A stretch of 64,000 nt of DNA from Actinomycetota bacterium. GTDB taxonomy: Bacteria; Actinomycetota; Acidimicrobiia; Acidimicrobiales; Aldehydirespiratoraceae. Shown in pieces: positions 38,180 to 48,413 of the stretch. The notes beneath the pieces are model-generated. The model searched no databases. It was not told where the DNA came from and saw only the letters and a list, made by a program, of their open reading frames with translations. The position numbers were made by a program, and so were the translations under genes. The first letter of the stretch is position 1. The number at the start of each line of letters is the position of its first letter. The stretch covers positions 44,689 to 108,688 of the forward strand of contig JAPOHW010000010.1 in assembly GCA_029979265.1 (NCBI GenBank). Reading direction: 5' to 3'.

Positions 38180-38590
38180 ATGCGATCGGAGATCCCTGGC
38201 CTCGGTAGTCGCCGCGAGGCGCGCGAAGAAGCCTTGGCGATCCTCTACCAAGCGGAACTCACCGGTGACCCCGTGGCCGAGATCCTGGCGGCCCGGCAGG
38301 TGCCTCTGTCCTCCTACGCAGTCGAGATCGTCGAGCAGGTCGATGCGGGACGCGACGATCTCGATGCGCTTCTCGGTCGTCACCTCGAGAACTGGCGCGT
38401 CGAGCGCATGCCGCTGGTCGATCGGGTGATCGCTCGAATCGCGGCGTGGGAACTCAGCGACCGTAGCGATGTCCCGACCGGTGTCGTCCTCTCGGAGGCG
38501 ATTGCAATCGCCACCCAGTACTGCGCCGAACAGTCGCCCCGGTTCCTCAACGGTGTGCTGGGCAGCGTTGCCGGCGAGGTTCGTGGCTGA
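38180..38590 (+). CDS. nusB: Transcription antitermination factor NusB
   Basis: RREAREEALAILYQAEL...RMPLVDRVIARIAAWEL. Confidence 0.9.
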   Translation: MRSEIPGLGSRREAREEALAILYQAELTGDPVAEILAARQVPLSSYAVEIVEQVDAGRDDLDALLGRHLENWRVERMPLVDRVIARIAAWELSDRSDVPTGVVLSEAIAIATQYCAEQSPRFLNGVLGSVAGEVRG

Positions 38591-39098
38591 GGCCTCGGTG
38601 CGGCTGCGTTCCTGGCGAGCGCAGGATGCCCCCGCGCTCGCAACGGCCTGGAACGACCCCACGATCGCGGCAGTGTCGCAGCCACCCGACGACTGCAGTC
38701 TCGATGCCGCAGCGCGCTGGATCGAGGGTTGCGCCGTTCGTGAAGAACGACTGCTTGCGATCGATCGCGTCGTCAGCGTCGACGGCGCATGCGTGGGCGA
38801 AGTCGGTCTCTCGAGCATCGATCGGGGCCGAAAGGCAGCGGTGATCGGCTGGTGGATCGGGATCGGCCACCGGGGCAACGGCTTTGCGACCGCTGCAGTT
38901 CGGGAGCTGATCGGCGTTGCCTTCGACGAGTTCGACATCAGCACGCTCGTTGCCGAGATCGGGATCGACAATGCCGGATCGGTCCGCGTTGCCGAACGGG
39001 CTGGCTTCGAGCTGCTCAGGGGCGGGGGCGAGGACCGCCCCCACGCCTACGTTCACCGTCACCACTGCGTCTCGTCGACACGTTCCAGCAGCAGCTGA
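38583..39098 (+). CDS. GNAT family N-acetyltransferase (RimJ/RimL-like)
   Basis: VRLRSWRAQDAPAL...IGWWIGIGHRGNGFATAAVRELI...NAGSVRVAERAGF. GTG 38583 overlaps the nusB end by 8 nt. In-frame part of ORF 38469-39098. Confidence 0.75.
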   Translation: MAEASVRLRSWRAQDAPALATAWNDPTIAAVSQPPDDCSLDAAARWIEGCAVREERLLAIDRVVSVDGACVGEVGLSSIDRGRKAAVIGWWIGIGHRGNGFATAAVRELIGVAFDEFDISTLVAEIGIDNAGSVRVAERAGFELLRGGGEDRPHAYVHRHHCVSSTRSSSS

Positions 39099-39193
39099 TC
39101 GAGCGGCGTCGGCCGCCTGCAGCCGTGTCACGCCAAGATCCACATCACGCGCGCGCCCCACACCGACGCGCGGCGTGTATGTTCAACGCTCGA

Positions 39194-39224
39194 CCGTGAA
39201 ACGGGTCCAGTGAGGCCCGAACGG
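39194..39224 (+). promoter_or_regulatory. Putative PyrR-binding RNA hairpin in the pyrR 5' leader
   Basis: Folds as CCGU-GAAA-CGGG-U-CC-AGUGA-GG-CCCG-A-ACGG. The core GUCCAGUGAGGC differs at one position from the PyrR binding-loop consensus UCCAGAGAGG. It lies 3 nt before the purine-rich GAAAGAG and 16 nt before ATG 39240. Confidence 0.6.
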
Positions 39225-39239
39225 ACGAAAGAGATACAG

Positions 39240-39806
39240 ATGGCAGAACGAGAGCGCCTGCTCGCGGGATCCGCGAGCGGCCACTTCCAAGCGCGTACTC
39301 AGGTCATGACGGCCGATGACGTTGCCCGTGCCGTCAAGCGGATGGCCCACGAGATTCTCGAGCGCAACCACGGCTCCGCTGGCGTGATGCTCATCGGAAT
39401 GCAGACCGGTGGTGTTGCCCTCGCAGTGCGGCTCGCAACCGCAGTGACCGAAATCGAAGGATCCCAGATCCCGGTCGGCACGCTCGACGCCACGATGCAT
39501 CGTGACGACTTCGGTCTCCGACCGGTGATGCCGGAGGCGTCGACCGAGATCCCCGAGGACCCGACGGGCAAGACCATCGTGCTGGTCGACGATGTGCTGT
39601 TCACCGGTCGGACGGTTCGCGCCGCCCTCGATGCGATCCATTCGTACGGACGACCACAGGCGATCCAGCTGGCGGTCATGGTCGATCGGGGTCACCGTGA
39701 GCTTCCGATTCGACCCGACTACGTCGGGAAGAACCTGCCGACGCGGCGTGACGAGATGGTCGACGTCAATGATTCCGGTGTCGAACTGGGCGAAATGGTT
39801 TCATGA
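39240..39806 (+). CDS. pyrR: Bifunctional pyrimidine operon regulator / uracil phosphoribosyltransferase PyrR
   Basis: [41 protein letters not shown]. Confidence 0.9.
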   Translation: MAERERLLAGSASGHFQARTQVMTADDVARAVKRMAHEILERNHGSAGVMLIGMQTGGVALAVRLATAVTEIEGSQIPVGTLDATMHRDDFGLRPVMPEASTEIPEDPTGKTIVLVDDVLFTGRTVRAALDAIHSYGRPQAIQLAVMVDRGHRELPIRPDYVGKNLPTRRDEMVDVNDSGVELGEMVS

Positions 39807-40774
39807 CTGCAACCACGCTGCGCCAACGCGGTCCCAAACACCTGCTCTCGATGGCCGACCTCGATCGTGACGACATCGAGCAGATCCTCAACCTCACCGA
39901 GTCGTTTGCGGAGGTGGGGGAGCGAAGCATCCCGCGGGTTCCGGCACTGCGGGGCAAGACGATCGCCTGGCTGTTCTACGAGGACAGCACCCGCACTCGA
40001 CTCAGCTTCGAGACGGCGGCAAAGCGGCTGTCGGCCGACACGATGAACTTCAGCGTTGGAAGCAGTTCGGTCAACAAGGGCGAGTCCCTGCGAGACACGG
40101 TCGAGACGATCGCTGCGATGGGAATCGACGGCATCGTCGTGCGACACGGCGCCGCCGGCGCTCCTCGTCAGGTCAGCGAGTGGACCGATGCATCGGTGAT
40201 CAACGCCGGTGACGGCTGGCACCAGCACCCCACGCAGTCGCTGCTCGACCTCTACACCGCCCGCCAACACCTCGATGAACTGGACGGCAAGCACATCGCC
40301 ATCATCGGCGACATCAAGCACAGCCGGGTTGCTCGCAGCAACGCACTTGGCTTTTCGGCGATGGGAGCACGGGTCACGCTCGTCGCTCCGCCGACCCTGC
40401 TGCCGTCGACGCTCGACGGGTGGCCGGTCGAGGCCACCCACGATCTCGATGCAGTCCTCGAGGAGCTCGACATCTGCTATCTGCTCCGCATGCAGCTCGA
40501 GCGGCAGGGGCAGGCCGTTGTGCCGAGTCTGCGCGAGTACCACAACGAATATGGGCTGACCAGCGCCAGAGCCGACCGGTTACCGAACGATGCCCTGATC
40601 ATGCACCCCGGTCCGATGAACCGGGGCGTCGAGATTGCAGGTGAGGTGGCTGACCGGCCCGCCGCCGTCATCACCGAACAAGTTGCGAACGGGGTCTCTG
40701 TGCGAATGGCGGTCCTCTTTCTGCTTCTCGGATCCGGACTCGACGTGGTCGACGAGCAACGGGCGATCGCGTGA
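39803..40774 (+). CDS. pyrB: Aspartate carbamoyltransferase catalytic subunit
   Basis: [28 protein letters not shown] overlap with pyrR. Confidence 0.95.
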   Translation: MTATTLRQRGPKHLLSMADLDRDDIEQILNLTESFAEVGERSIPRVPALRGKTIAWLFYEDSTRTRLSFETAAKRLSADTMNFSVGSSSVNKGESLRDTVETIAAMGIDGIVVRHGAAGAPRQVSEWTDASVINAGDGWHQHPTQSLLDLYTARQHLDELDGKHIAIIGDIKHSRVARSNALGFSAMGARVTLVAPPTLLPSTLDGWPVEATHDLDAVLEELDICYLLRMQLERQGQAVVPSLREYHNEYGLTSARADRLPNDALIMHPGPMNRGVEIAGEVADRPAAVITEQVANGVSVRMAVLFLLLGSGLDVVDEQRAIA

Positions 40775-42069
40775 GCGCCGACATTGCGATCACGAACGGC
40801 ACCATCGTCGATGCCGGTGGGATTCGTCGGGCAGACCTCCGGATCGAGAACGGCGTGGTCGTGGAGGTGGGGGAGAAGCTCGATGGCGACACGGTCATCG
40901 ACGCCGATGGTCTCGTCGTCAGCCCTGGGTTCGTCGATCTCCACACGCACCTGCGCGAGCCCGGTGACGAAGAGGCCGAGACGATCCAGACCGGCTCGCG
41001 CAGTGCCGCCCTCGGCGGTTTCACCGCCTGTGTGGCCATGCCGAACACCAACCCGGCGATGGACAGTGTGGCCGTCGTGCAGCAGGTGCTCGACGCTGCA
41101 TCCGACGCACTCTGTGAAATCGTCCCGTCCGCAGCGATGACGATTGGGAGGGCTGGGGAGCAACTTGCCCCGATGGCAGAGCTCGTTCGGGCCGGGGTGC
41201 GTGTGTTCACCGACGACGGGACCGGCCTCCAGAACGATCGGCTGATGCGGACGGCGCTCGACTATGCCCGCGGGCTCGACCATCTGACCGACGGGTTCCA
41301 GGTCGTGCTCGCCCAACATTGCGAGGTCGAATCGCTCGCCGCCGGTGGCGTGATGCACGAGGGCGAATGGTCGAGCGTTCTTGGGGTGCCCGCTCAGCCG
41401 GCGGAGGCCGAGGAGCTCATGGTCATGCGAGACATCGCTCTTGCTCGGCTGACCGGTGGCCGGGTGCACTTTCAGCACGTCTCGACTCGGGGCAGCGTGT
41501 CGATGATCCGGGAAGCCAAAGCGGCGGGCCTGGCCATCACCGCTGAAGCAACCACGCATCACTTCACGCTCGATCACAGCGCGTGCCGAACGTACGATCC
41601 CGCGTTCAAGGTGCACCCGCCGCTGCGAACGCAAGACGATGTCGCTGCGATCAAGGCCGGTCTGCTCGATGGAACCATCGATGCGATCGCCACCGACCAT
41701 GCGCCGCACACCCGCCAGGCCAAGGAGCGGCCCTTCCTGACGGCACCGCCCGGCATGCTGGGTCTCGAAACGGCGTTCGCAGTGGCAAACACCGAGCTCG
41801 GGGCCGACATCGAACACCTCGTCCGGCTGTTGTCGGTCAATCCGGCGCGCATCGCCGGAATCGATGATCGACATGGCGGCACGATCGAGCCAGGACGCCC
41901 CGCCAATCTCACCGTCCTCGACCTCGACGACGAGTGGACGGTGACCGGCGCAGCGATGGCGAGTCGGAGCACGAACACCCCGTACGAGGGCCGCACTGTG
42001 CGCGGCAGTGTTCGTCACACATTTTGGAACGGAGATCAGGTGGTCGACATGGGAGAAGCAACACGGTGA
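40771..42069 (+). CDS. pyrC: Dihydroorotase
   Basis: FVDLHTHLREPG, ATDHAPH. GTGA overlap with pyrB. Confidence 0.92.
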   Translation: MSADIAITNGTIVDAGGIRRADLRIENGVVVEVGEKLDGDTVIDADGLVVSPGFVDLHTHLREPGDEEAETIQTGSRSAALGGFTACVAMPNTNPAMDSVAVVQQVLDAASDALCEIVPSAAMTIGRAGEQLAPMAELVRAGVRVFTDDGTGLQNDRLMRTALDYARGLDHLTDGFQVVLAQHCEVESLAAGGVMHEGEWSSVLGVPAQPAEAEELMVMRDIALARLTGGRVHFQHVSTRGSVSMIREAKAAGLAITAEATTHHFTLDHSACRTYDPAFKVHPPLRTQDDVAAIKAGLLDGTIDAIATDHAPHTRQAKERPFLTAPPGMLGLETAFAVANTELGADIEHLVRLLSVNPARIAGIDDRHGGTIEPGRPANLTVLDLDDEWTVTGAAMASRSTNTPYEGRTVRGSVRHTFWNGDQVVDMGEATR

Positions 42070-43160
42070 CTCTGAAGGAGTATCAACTGGTCCTCGCCGA
42101 CGGCGAGACGTTCGAGGGGGAGGGCATCGGTGCCGCCCTGACCGATGACGGTTTCGCTGCCGGGGAGGTCGTGTTCAACACTGTCCTGTCGGGCTATCAA
42201 GAGGTGATCACCGACCCGTCGTACGCGGGCCAGATCATCACCTTCACCTACCCTCACATCGGGAATTACGGAGTGAATGCCGCCGACGACGAGGCCAGTC
42301 GCCCGTTCTGTCGAGGTGTGATCATCCGTGACCTGGCTCGCCGTCAGAGCAACTGGCGCAGTGAGGAGCACCTCGACGATTTCCTGTGCCGTCATGGGTT
42401 GGCCGGTATCGCCGGTATCGACACCCGACGTCTGACCCGTCATATTCGAGATCGCGGGGCAATGCCCGGCGCGTTCGGACCTGCCGATCACGCCACGTTG
42501 CTCGGAGCAGCACAGGCCGAGGCCGGAACCGCAGGTGTGGATCTCGTGAGCCTCGTGACCACCAAGGAGGCGTACACCGTTGGCGACGGGCCCCGCAGGA
42601 TCGTGGCGTACGACTTCGGTGTGAAGACCACGATGCTGCGACATCTCGGCGAGATCGGCACAGTCACCGTCGTTCCGGCCCACACCTCCGCCGACGACGT
42701 GCTGGCCATGAACCCCGACGGTGTGTTCCTCTCCAACGGGCCCGGCGATCCCGAAGAAGCCGGTCCGATCGTCGACGAGTTGCCCAAACTCCTCGGCAAG
42801 GTGCCGATCTTCGGCATCTGCCTCGGACACCAGGTTCTGGCGCTTGCCATGGGCGGTACGACCTACAAGATGAAGTTCGGCCACCATGGCGGCAATGTGC
42901 CAGTGCAAGACTCCCGCACCGGCAAGGTGGAGATCACGGCGCAGAATCACAACTTCGCGGTCGAGGCAGGCTCGGTTCCGAACGTGACCGAGACGCATGT
43001 CTGTCTCAATGATGAGGCGCTCGAGGGTCTCGTGCACAACGACTACCCAGCGTTCAGCGTTCAGTACCACCCCGAGGCAGGACCCGGTCCGCACGACTCG
43101 ACCTATTTGTTCGAGGAGTTCGCACAACTGATGGACGACTTCAACGGGAAGGCGGCCTGA
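42066..43160 (+). CDS. carA: Carbamoyl-phosphate synthase small (glutaminase) subunit
   Basis: [11 protein letters not shown]...QYHPE. GTGA overlap with pyrC. In-frame part of ORF 41934-43160. Confidence 0.92.
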   Translation: MTLKEYQLVLADGETFEGEGIGAALTDDGFAAGEVVFNTVLSGYQEVITDPSYAGQIITFTYPHIGNYGVNAADDEASRPFCRGVIIRDLARRQSNWRSEEHLDDFLCRHGLAGIAGIDTRRLTRHIRDRGAMPGAFGPADHATLLGAAQAEAGTAGVDLVSLVTTKEAYTVGDGPRRIVAYDFGVKTTMLRHLGEIGTVTVVPAHTSADDVLAMNPDGVFLSNGPGDPEEAGPIVDELPKLLGKVPIFGICLGHQVLALAMGGTTYKMKFGHHGGNVPVQDSRTGKVEITAQNHNFAVEAGSVPNVTETHVCLNDEALEGLVHNDYPAFSVQYHPEAGPGPHDSTYLFEEFAQLMDDFNGKAA

Positions 43161-43161
43161 G

Positions 43162-46100
43162 GTGCCGAAGCGGACCGACATCCACTCGATCCTCATCATC
43201 GGCTCCGGACCGATCGTGATCGGTCAAGCCTGCGAGTTTGACTACTCCGGAACCCAGGCGTGCCGGGTCCTGAAGGAGGAGGGGTACCGGATCATTCTCG
43301 CCAACTCGAACCCGGCGACGATCATGACCGACCCGACCTTTGCCGACGCAACCTACGTCGAGCCACTCGACCTTTCGATCCTCGAGAAGATCATCGAGAA
43401 AGAAAAGCCCGATGCCGTGTTGCCGACGCTCGGCGGTCAGACGGGCCTGAACCTGGCGATGGAATTGCAGGAGTCGGGTGTGCTCAAACAGCATGGGGTC
43501 GAGCTCATCGGTGCTGATGCCGAAGCGATCGAGACAGCCGAAGACCGAGAGAAGTTCAAGGTCGCCATGACCGAGATCGGTCTCGACTGTGCTCGGTCGG
43601 CCATCGCTCACACGATGGACGAGGCGAGAGCGGCGATCGAACAGGTCGGGCTGCCGGTCATCATCCGTCCTGCGTACATCCTCGGAGGGCGCGGTACCGG
43701 CATCGCCGAAACGATGGAGGAGTACGAGCGGATGGCCAAGTACGGCCTCGATGCCAGCCCCATCTCCGAAATCCTGATCGAGGAATCGATCAAGGGCTGG
43801 AAGGAGTACGAACTCGAAGTGATGCGCGATCGTGCCGACAACTGCGTGATCATCTGCTCGATCGAGAACCTCGATCCCATGGGTGTGCACACGGGTGACT
43901 CGATCACGGTTGCGCCGGCGCAGACTCTGACCGACGTCGAGTACCAGAAGATGCGTGACGGGTCTTTTGCGTGCATCCGCCGTGTTGGCGTCGAGACCGG
44001 TGGATCCAACGTCCAGTGGGCGGTCGATCCCGAATCCGGACGCCAGATCGTGATCGAGATGAATCCGCGTGTGAGCCGAAGTTCGGCGTTGGCCTCGAAG
44101 GCGACCGGCTTCCCGATCGCCAAAATCGCAGCGAAGCTTGCGGTCGGGTACACGCTCGACGAGATCCCGAACGACATCACCAAAAAGACGCCCGCCAGCT
44201 TCGAACCGTCGATCGACTACGTGGTGACGAAGATCCCGCGTTGGGCGTTCGAGAAGTTTCCCGGCACAAGTGGTGTGCTGGGCACGTCGATGCAGTCGGT
44301 GGGCGAGGTGATGGCCATCGGCCGAACCTTCCCGGAATCGTTGCAAAAGGCGCTTCGTTCACTCGAACAGGGTCGTCACGGACTCAATGCCGACCCCGCA
44401 GAACTCACCCTCGACGAGATCCCCACCGAGGAACTCACGAAGATGGCGTCGATCGGCACGCCGGATCGGCCCTTCCAACTCGAAGCGCTGCTCCGCCGTG
44501 GAGTGGGAATCGACGACGTGTTCGAGGCGACAGCAGTCGATCCGTGGTTCCTCGATCAGATGTTGATGATCACCGAGGAGCGGGCCCACCTCGAGACGCT
44601 CTCCCTCGACACGATCACCCGGCGTGAGTGGCGAAGGGCGAAGCAACTGGGGTTCTCCGACCCGCAGCTCGCCTACCTGTGGAATGTGACCGAGGAAGCG
44701 GTGAGGGCTGCCCGGCTTGCAGCCGGCGTCGCCACGACCTTCAAAACGGTCGACACCTGTGCCGCCGAGTTCGAAGCGAGCACGCCGTACCACTATTCGA
44801 CCTACGAGGATTCCGACGAGGTCCGTGAGGGGGAGCGAGAGAAGGTCATCATTCTTGGTTCGGGCCCGAATCGCATCGGCCAAGGCATCGAGTTCGACTA
44901 CTGCTGCGTGCATGCGAGCTTCTCGCTGCGCGACGCCGGGTACGAGACCATCATGGTGAACTGCAACCCGGAGACCGTGTCGACCGACTACGACACCTCC
45001 GACCGGTTGTACTTCGAACCAATCACCTACGAAGACGTCATGGACATCATCGAGCGTGAGAAGCCCAAGGGGGTGATCGTCAGCCTCGGTGGACAGACCC
45101 CGCTGAAGCTCGCCGACCGACTGCCCGAGGACCTCGTGCTCGGGACGTCACCGGCATCGATCGACTTGGCCGAGGATCGAGAGCAGTGGAATGCCATGTG
45201 TGCCCGCCTCGAGATTCCGCAGCCCGCCGGTGGCACTGCGGTGGACATCGACGAGGCGCTCGAAATCACGGGCAAGATCGGTTATCCGGCGCTCGTGCGC
45301 CCGAGCTATGTGCTCGGTGGGCGGGCGATGGAGATCGTCTACGACGATGATCACCTTCGCCGGGCAATGGCAGAACTGGCCGGTTTCGGCAGTCTCGGCA
45401 AGGAAGGTGGCCTGTCGGCGGAACGTCCGGTGCTCGTCGATCGGTTCCTCGAAGATGCCACCGAGGTCGACGTCGACGCCCTCCGGGATCACACGGGCGA
45501 CTCGGTGATCGGCGCTGTCATGGAACACGTCGAGGAGGCTGGTGTGCACTCCGGCGACTCGGCCTGCTCGATTCCTCCCACCAGTCTCGCAGCCGACACC
45601 ATCGCCGTGATCGAGGACTACACCCGCAGGATTGCCGAGGCTCTCGACGTGAAGGGCCTCATCAATGTGCAATACGCGGTCAAGGGAAACCAGGTGTTCG
45701 TCATCGAAGCGAACCCTCGAGCCAGTCGGACCGTTCCCTTCGTGGCCAAAGCGACCGGTGTCCCTCTCGCCAAGATCGCCAGTCGGATCATGGTCGGCTC
45801 CACGCTTGCCGAACTCCGCACGGAAGGTTTGATGCGAGAGCCCGTCGAGGGTGACCATGTCGCAGTCAAGGAGGCGGTGCTGCCGTTCAACCGGTTCCCC
45901 GAGGCCGATGCGGTGCTCGGCCCCGAGATGCGATCGACCGGTGAGGTCATGGGGATCGACCTCACCCCTGGGCTCGCCTTCGTGAAATCGCAGTTGGCGG
46001 CTGGTTTGCAGCTCCCCACCGATGGGATGGTGTTCCTGTCGCTCGCCGATCGCGACAAGGATGTCGGTGTCGAAGCGGCTCGGATCTTCACCGAGCTGGG

Positions 46101-46464
46101 CTTCACGCTTGCGGCCACCAGCGGTACGGCGGCTGCGCTGCGCGTCGCCGGTCTCGACGTGGCGGTCGAGGTGGCCAAGCTCGGCGACAACGATGGAGAG
46201 AATGCGGTCGATCTGATCGAACGTGGCGATGTGAAGCTTGTGGTCAACTCGCCGCGGGGTCGCGGGCCGCGAGCCGACGGGGACCACATCCGGTCGGCCG
46301 CCGGGATGGAGAGCGTCCCGCTGCTCACCACCGGAAAGGCAGCATTGGCTGCCGCAAGGGGCCTGCGCGACTGGAAGGCACACCGGCTAGCCGTCCGGAG
46401 CCTCCAGGAGTACCACGCTGGTGTGAGCATCGATGCGCTCGAAGCGCACCGAGGTGACAACTGA
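43162..46464 (+). CDS. carB: Carbamoyl-phosphate synthase large subunit
   Basis: 1100 aa with duplicated ATP-grasp halves and an MGS-like C-terminus. N-terminus [24 protein letters not shown]. Confidence 0.96.
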   Translation: MPKRTDIHSILIIGSGPIVIGQACEFDYSGTQACRVLKEEGYRIILANSNPATIMTDPTFADATYVEPLDLSILEKIIEKEKPDAVLPTLGGQTGLNLAMELQESGVLKQHGVELIGADAEAIETAEDREKFKVAMTEIGLDCARSAIAHTMDEARAAIEQVGLPVIIRPAYILGGRGTGIAETMEEYERMAKYGLDASPISEILIEESIKGWKEYELEVMRDRADNCVIICSIENLDPMGVHTGDSITVAPAQTLTDVEYQKMRDGSFACIRRVGVETGGSNVQWAVDPESGRQIVIEMNPRVSRSSALASKATGFPIAKIAAKLAVGYTLDEIPNDITKKTPASFEPSIDYVVTKIPRWAFEKFPGTSGVLGTSMQSVGEVMAIGRTFPESLQKALRSLEQGRHGLNADPAELTLDEIPTEELTKMASIGTPDRPFQLEALLRRGVGIDDVFEATAVDPWFLDQMLMITEERAHLETLSLDTITRREWRRAKQLGFSDPQLAYLWNVTEEAVRAARLAAGVATTFKTVDTCAAEFEASTPYHYSTYEDSDEVREGEREKVIILGSGPNRIGQGIEFDYCCVHASFSLRDAGYETIMVNCNPETVSTDYDTSDRLYFEPITYEDVMDIIEREKPKGVIVSLGGQTPLKLADRLPEDLVLGTSPASIDLAEDREQWNAMCARLEIPQPAGGTAVDIDEALEITGKIGYPALVRPSYVLGGRAMEIVYDDDHLRRAMAELAGFGSLGKEGGLSAERPVLVDRFLEDATEVDVDALRDHTGDSVIGAVMEHVEEAGVHSGDSACSIPPTSLAADTIAVIEDYTRRIAEALDVKGLINVQYAVKGNQVFVIEANPRASRTVPFVAKATGVPLAKIASRIMVGSTLAELRTEGLMREPVEGDHVAVKEAVLPFNRFPEADAVLGPEMRSTGEVMGIDLTPGLAFVKSQLAAGLQLPTDGMVFLSLADRDKDVGVEAARIFTELGFTLAATSGTAAALRVAGLDVAVEVAKLGDNDGENAVDLIERGDVKLVVNSPRGRGPRADGDHIRSAAGMESVPLLTTGKAALAAARGLRDWKAHRLAVRSLQEYHAGVSIDALEAHRGDN

Positions 46465-47375
46465 TGGATCTTTCGACGACTGTCGGATCGGTCGGGTTGC
46501 GCGCCCCCGTGATGACGGCGTCGGGAACCGCCGGTCACGGCGCCGAGTTTGCCCACTATCTCGATCCGGCTTCGCTCGGTGCCGTCGTGGTGAAGTCGAT
46601 GAAAGCCGATGCGTGGGCCGGCAATCCTGCGCCACGGGTGCATCCGACCGCTGCAGGCATGATCAACAGCGTCGGCCTGCAGGGGAAGGGTGTTTCGCAC
46701 TGGCTCGACCATGACCTCCCACCGCTCATCGCAACCGGAGCGACCGTTGTCGCATCGATCTGGGGGAGCAGCGTCGACGACTATGCCCGAGCGGCAGCAG
46801 CGCTCGCCGATGCGCCATGCGAGGTCGTCGCGGTGGAGGTCAACGTTTCGTGCCCGAACCTCGAAGACCGTGGCTCGATGTTTGCGCACAGCCGAACCGC
46901 TACCGCCGAGGCAATCGAGGCGACTGCGGCATGCAACCGGCCGAGGTGGGCCAAACTCAGCCCGAACGCAGCTGATCTGCCAGAGATCGCCGAGGCAGCC
47001 CATGGGGCTGGGGCCGATGCTGTGGTCCTCACCAACACCGTGCTCGGCATGGTGATCGATGTCGATTCTCGCCGTCCCGTACTCGGTGCAAAGAGAGGCG
47101 GTCTGTCCGGTGCAGCAATGCACCCAGTGGCGGTGCGAGCCGTGTACGACGTGCACGAGGCACTGCCGGGGATCCCGATCGTTGGTGTCGGTGGCGCATC
47201 GGCCGGTACCGATGTCGTAGAGTTCCTGCTTGCCGGAGCCTCTGCAGTCGAGATTGGCACGGCGACGTTCGCCGATCCTCGGGCGCCTCGACGAATCTTG
47301 GCGGAGTTCGAGAAATGGTGCGAGCGCAATGGTGTCGAAGCGGTGGCCGAACTGATCGGAGGAGCCCATGACTGA
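46464..47375 (+). CDS. pyrD: Dihydroorotate dehydrogenase, class 1 catalytic subunit
   Basis: Catalytic-Cys loop NVSCPN, LSGAAMHPVAVRAV. The ATG shares one nt with the carB stop (TGATG). Confidence 0.85.
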   Translation: MDLSTTVGSVGLRAPVMTASGTAGHGAEFAHYLDPASLGAVVVKSMKADAWAGNPAPRVHPTAAGMINSVGLQGKGVSHWLDHDLPPLIATGATVVASIWGSSVDDYARAAAALADAPCEVVAVEVNVSCPNLEDRGSMFAHSRTATAEAIEATAACNRPRWAKLSPNAADLPEIAEAAHGAGADAVVLTNTVLGMVIDVDSRRPVLGAKRGGLSGAAMHPVAVRAVYDVHEALPGIPIVGVGGASAGTDVVEFLLAGASAVEIGTATFADPRAPRRILAEFEKWCERNGVEAVAELIGGAHD

Positions 47376-48075
47376 GTTCGAGATCGACCCCGTCACGAAG
47401 GATCGTCTTGCGTTGGCACTCGATGTCGATGATCTGGTTGCTGCGATTCGTATCGGGCGGCAGATGAAGGACTACTTCTCCGTGGCCAAGATTGGCCTCG
47501 AGCTGTACTCCGCCGCCGGCCCGGAGGCGGTCGGTGCGATCGCCGATCTCGGCTATTCGATCTTCCTCGACCTGAAGCTGCACGACATTCCGACCACGGT
47601 GGGGAAGGCGGCACGCGTGCTCGGCGCGTTCGGTGTGCAGTACCTCACCATGCATGCGCACGGTGGCATCGACATGTTGCGGGCCGGAGTCGAGGGGCTG
47701 GCGGACGGTGCGCGCAACGCCGGCCTTGCCGAACCGAAGACGCTCGCCATCACCGTGCTCACCAGTGATGGCGATGCACCAGCGCACATCATGCCGAAGC
47801 GGGTCATGGTTGCGGCCGAGGCTGGGTGTTCGGGCATTGTCTGTGCCGTTGGCGACTTGGAGGAGGCGCATCACTATGCGCCCCGCCTCCTGCGGGTGAC
47901 ACCGGGTATCCGTCTTCCGGGAGGGACGACCGACGACCAGGCCCGTGCTGCGTCACCGAGCGCTGCGCTCGCCGGAGGCTCCGACCTGCTGGTGATCGGA
48001 CGCGCCGTGACCCAGGCCGACGATCCGATCGCCGCTGCGCAACAGATCCACGCGTCGGCCGCCGCCCCCGCCTGA
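47368..48075 (+). CDS. pyrF: Orotidine 5'-phosphate decarboxylase
   Basis: LALDV...LDLKLHDIPTTV. Confidence 0.9.
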   Translation: MTEFEIDPVTKDRLALALDVDDLVAAIRIGRQMKDYFSVAKIGLELYSAAGPEAVGAIADLGYSIFLDLKLHDIPTTVGKAARVLGAFGVQYLTMHAHGGIDMLRAGVEGLADGARNAGLAEPKTLAITVLTSDGDAPAHIMPKRVMVAAEAGCSGIVCAVGDLEEAHHYAPRLLRVTPGIRLPGGTTDDQARAASPSAALAGGSDLLVIGRAVTQADDPIAAAQQIHASAAAPA

Positions 48076-48084
48076 CCATCCCGC

Positions 48085-48090
48085 TAGGGT
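48085..48090 (+). promoter_or_regulatory. -10-like box TAGGGT, 7 nt before mihF ATG
   Basis: CGCTAGGGT-caggccc-ATG. Confidence 0.5.
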
Positions 48091-48097
48091 CAGGCCC

Positions 48098-48412
48098 ATG
48101 GCGACTCCACCCATACTCAGTGACGAGGCGCGTCGGGCTGCACTCGCCAAGGCGGCTGAGGCGCGTCGTGTTCGCGCCGACGCCAAGCACCGTCTCAAGG
48201 AAGGCGAGCTCTCGTTCGCAGAGCTGCTCAGCGCGGCGGACACCGACGACATCTTGAACAACACCAAGATCCTCACGATCCTCGAATCGCTCCCTGGCGT
48301 CGGCAAGGTGAAGGCTCGCCGCACGATGGAGGCGATCGGTATCGCCGAGAGCCGCCGGATTCGCGGGCTCGGTGACAACCAGCGACGCAGGCTGTTGGCT
48401 GCGTTCGGTTGA
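48098..48412 (+). CDS. mihF: Actinobacterial integration host factor mIHF
   Basis: LSDEARRAALAKAAEARRVRA...LESLPGVGKVKARRTMEAIGIAESRRIRGLG. Confidence 0.9.
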   Translation: MATPPILSDEARRAALAKAAEARRVRADAKHRLKEGELSFAELLSAADTDDILNNTKILTILESLPGVGKVKARRTMEAIGIAESRRIRGLGDNQRRRLLAAFG

Positions 48413-48413
48413 G

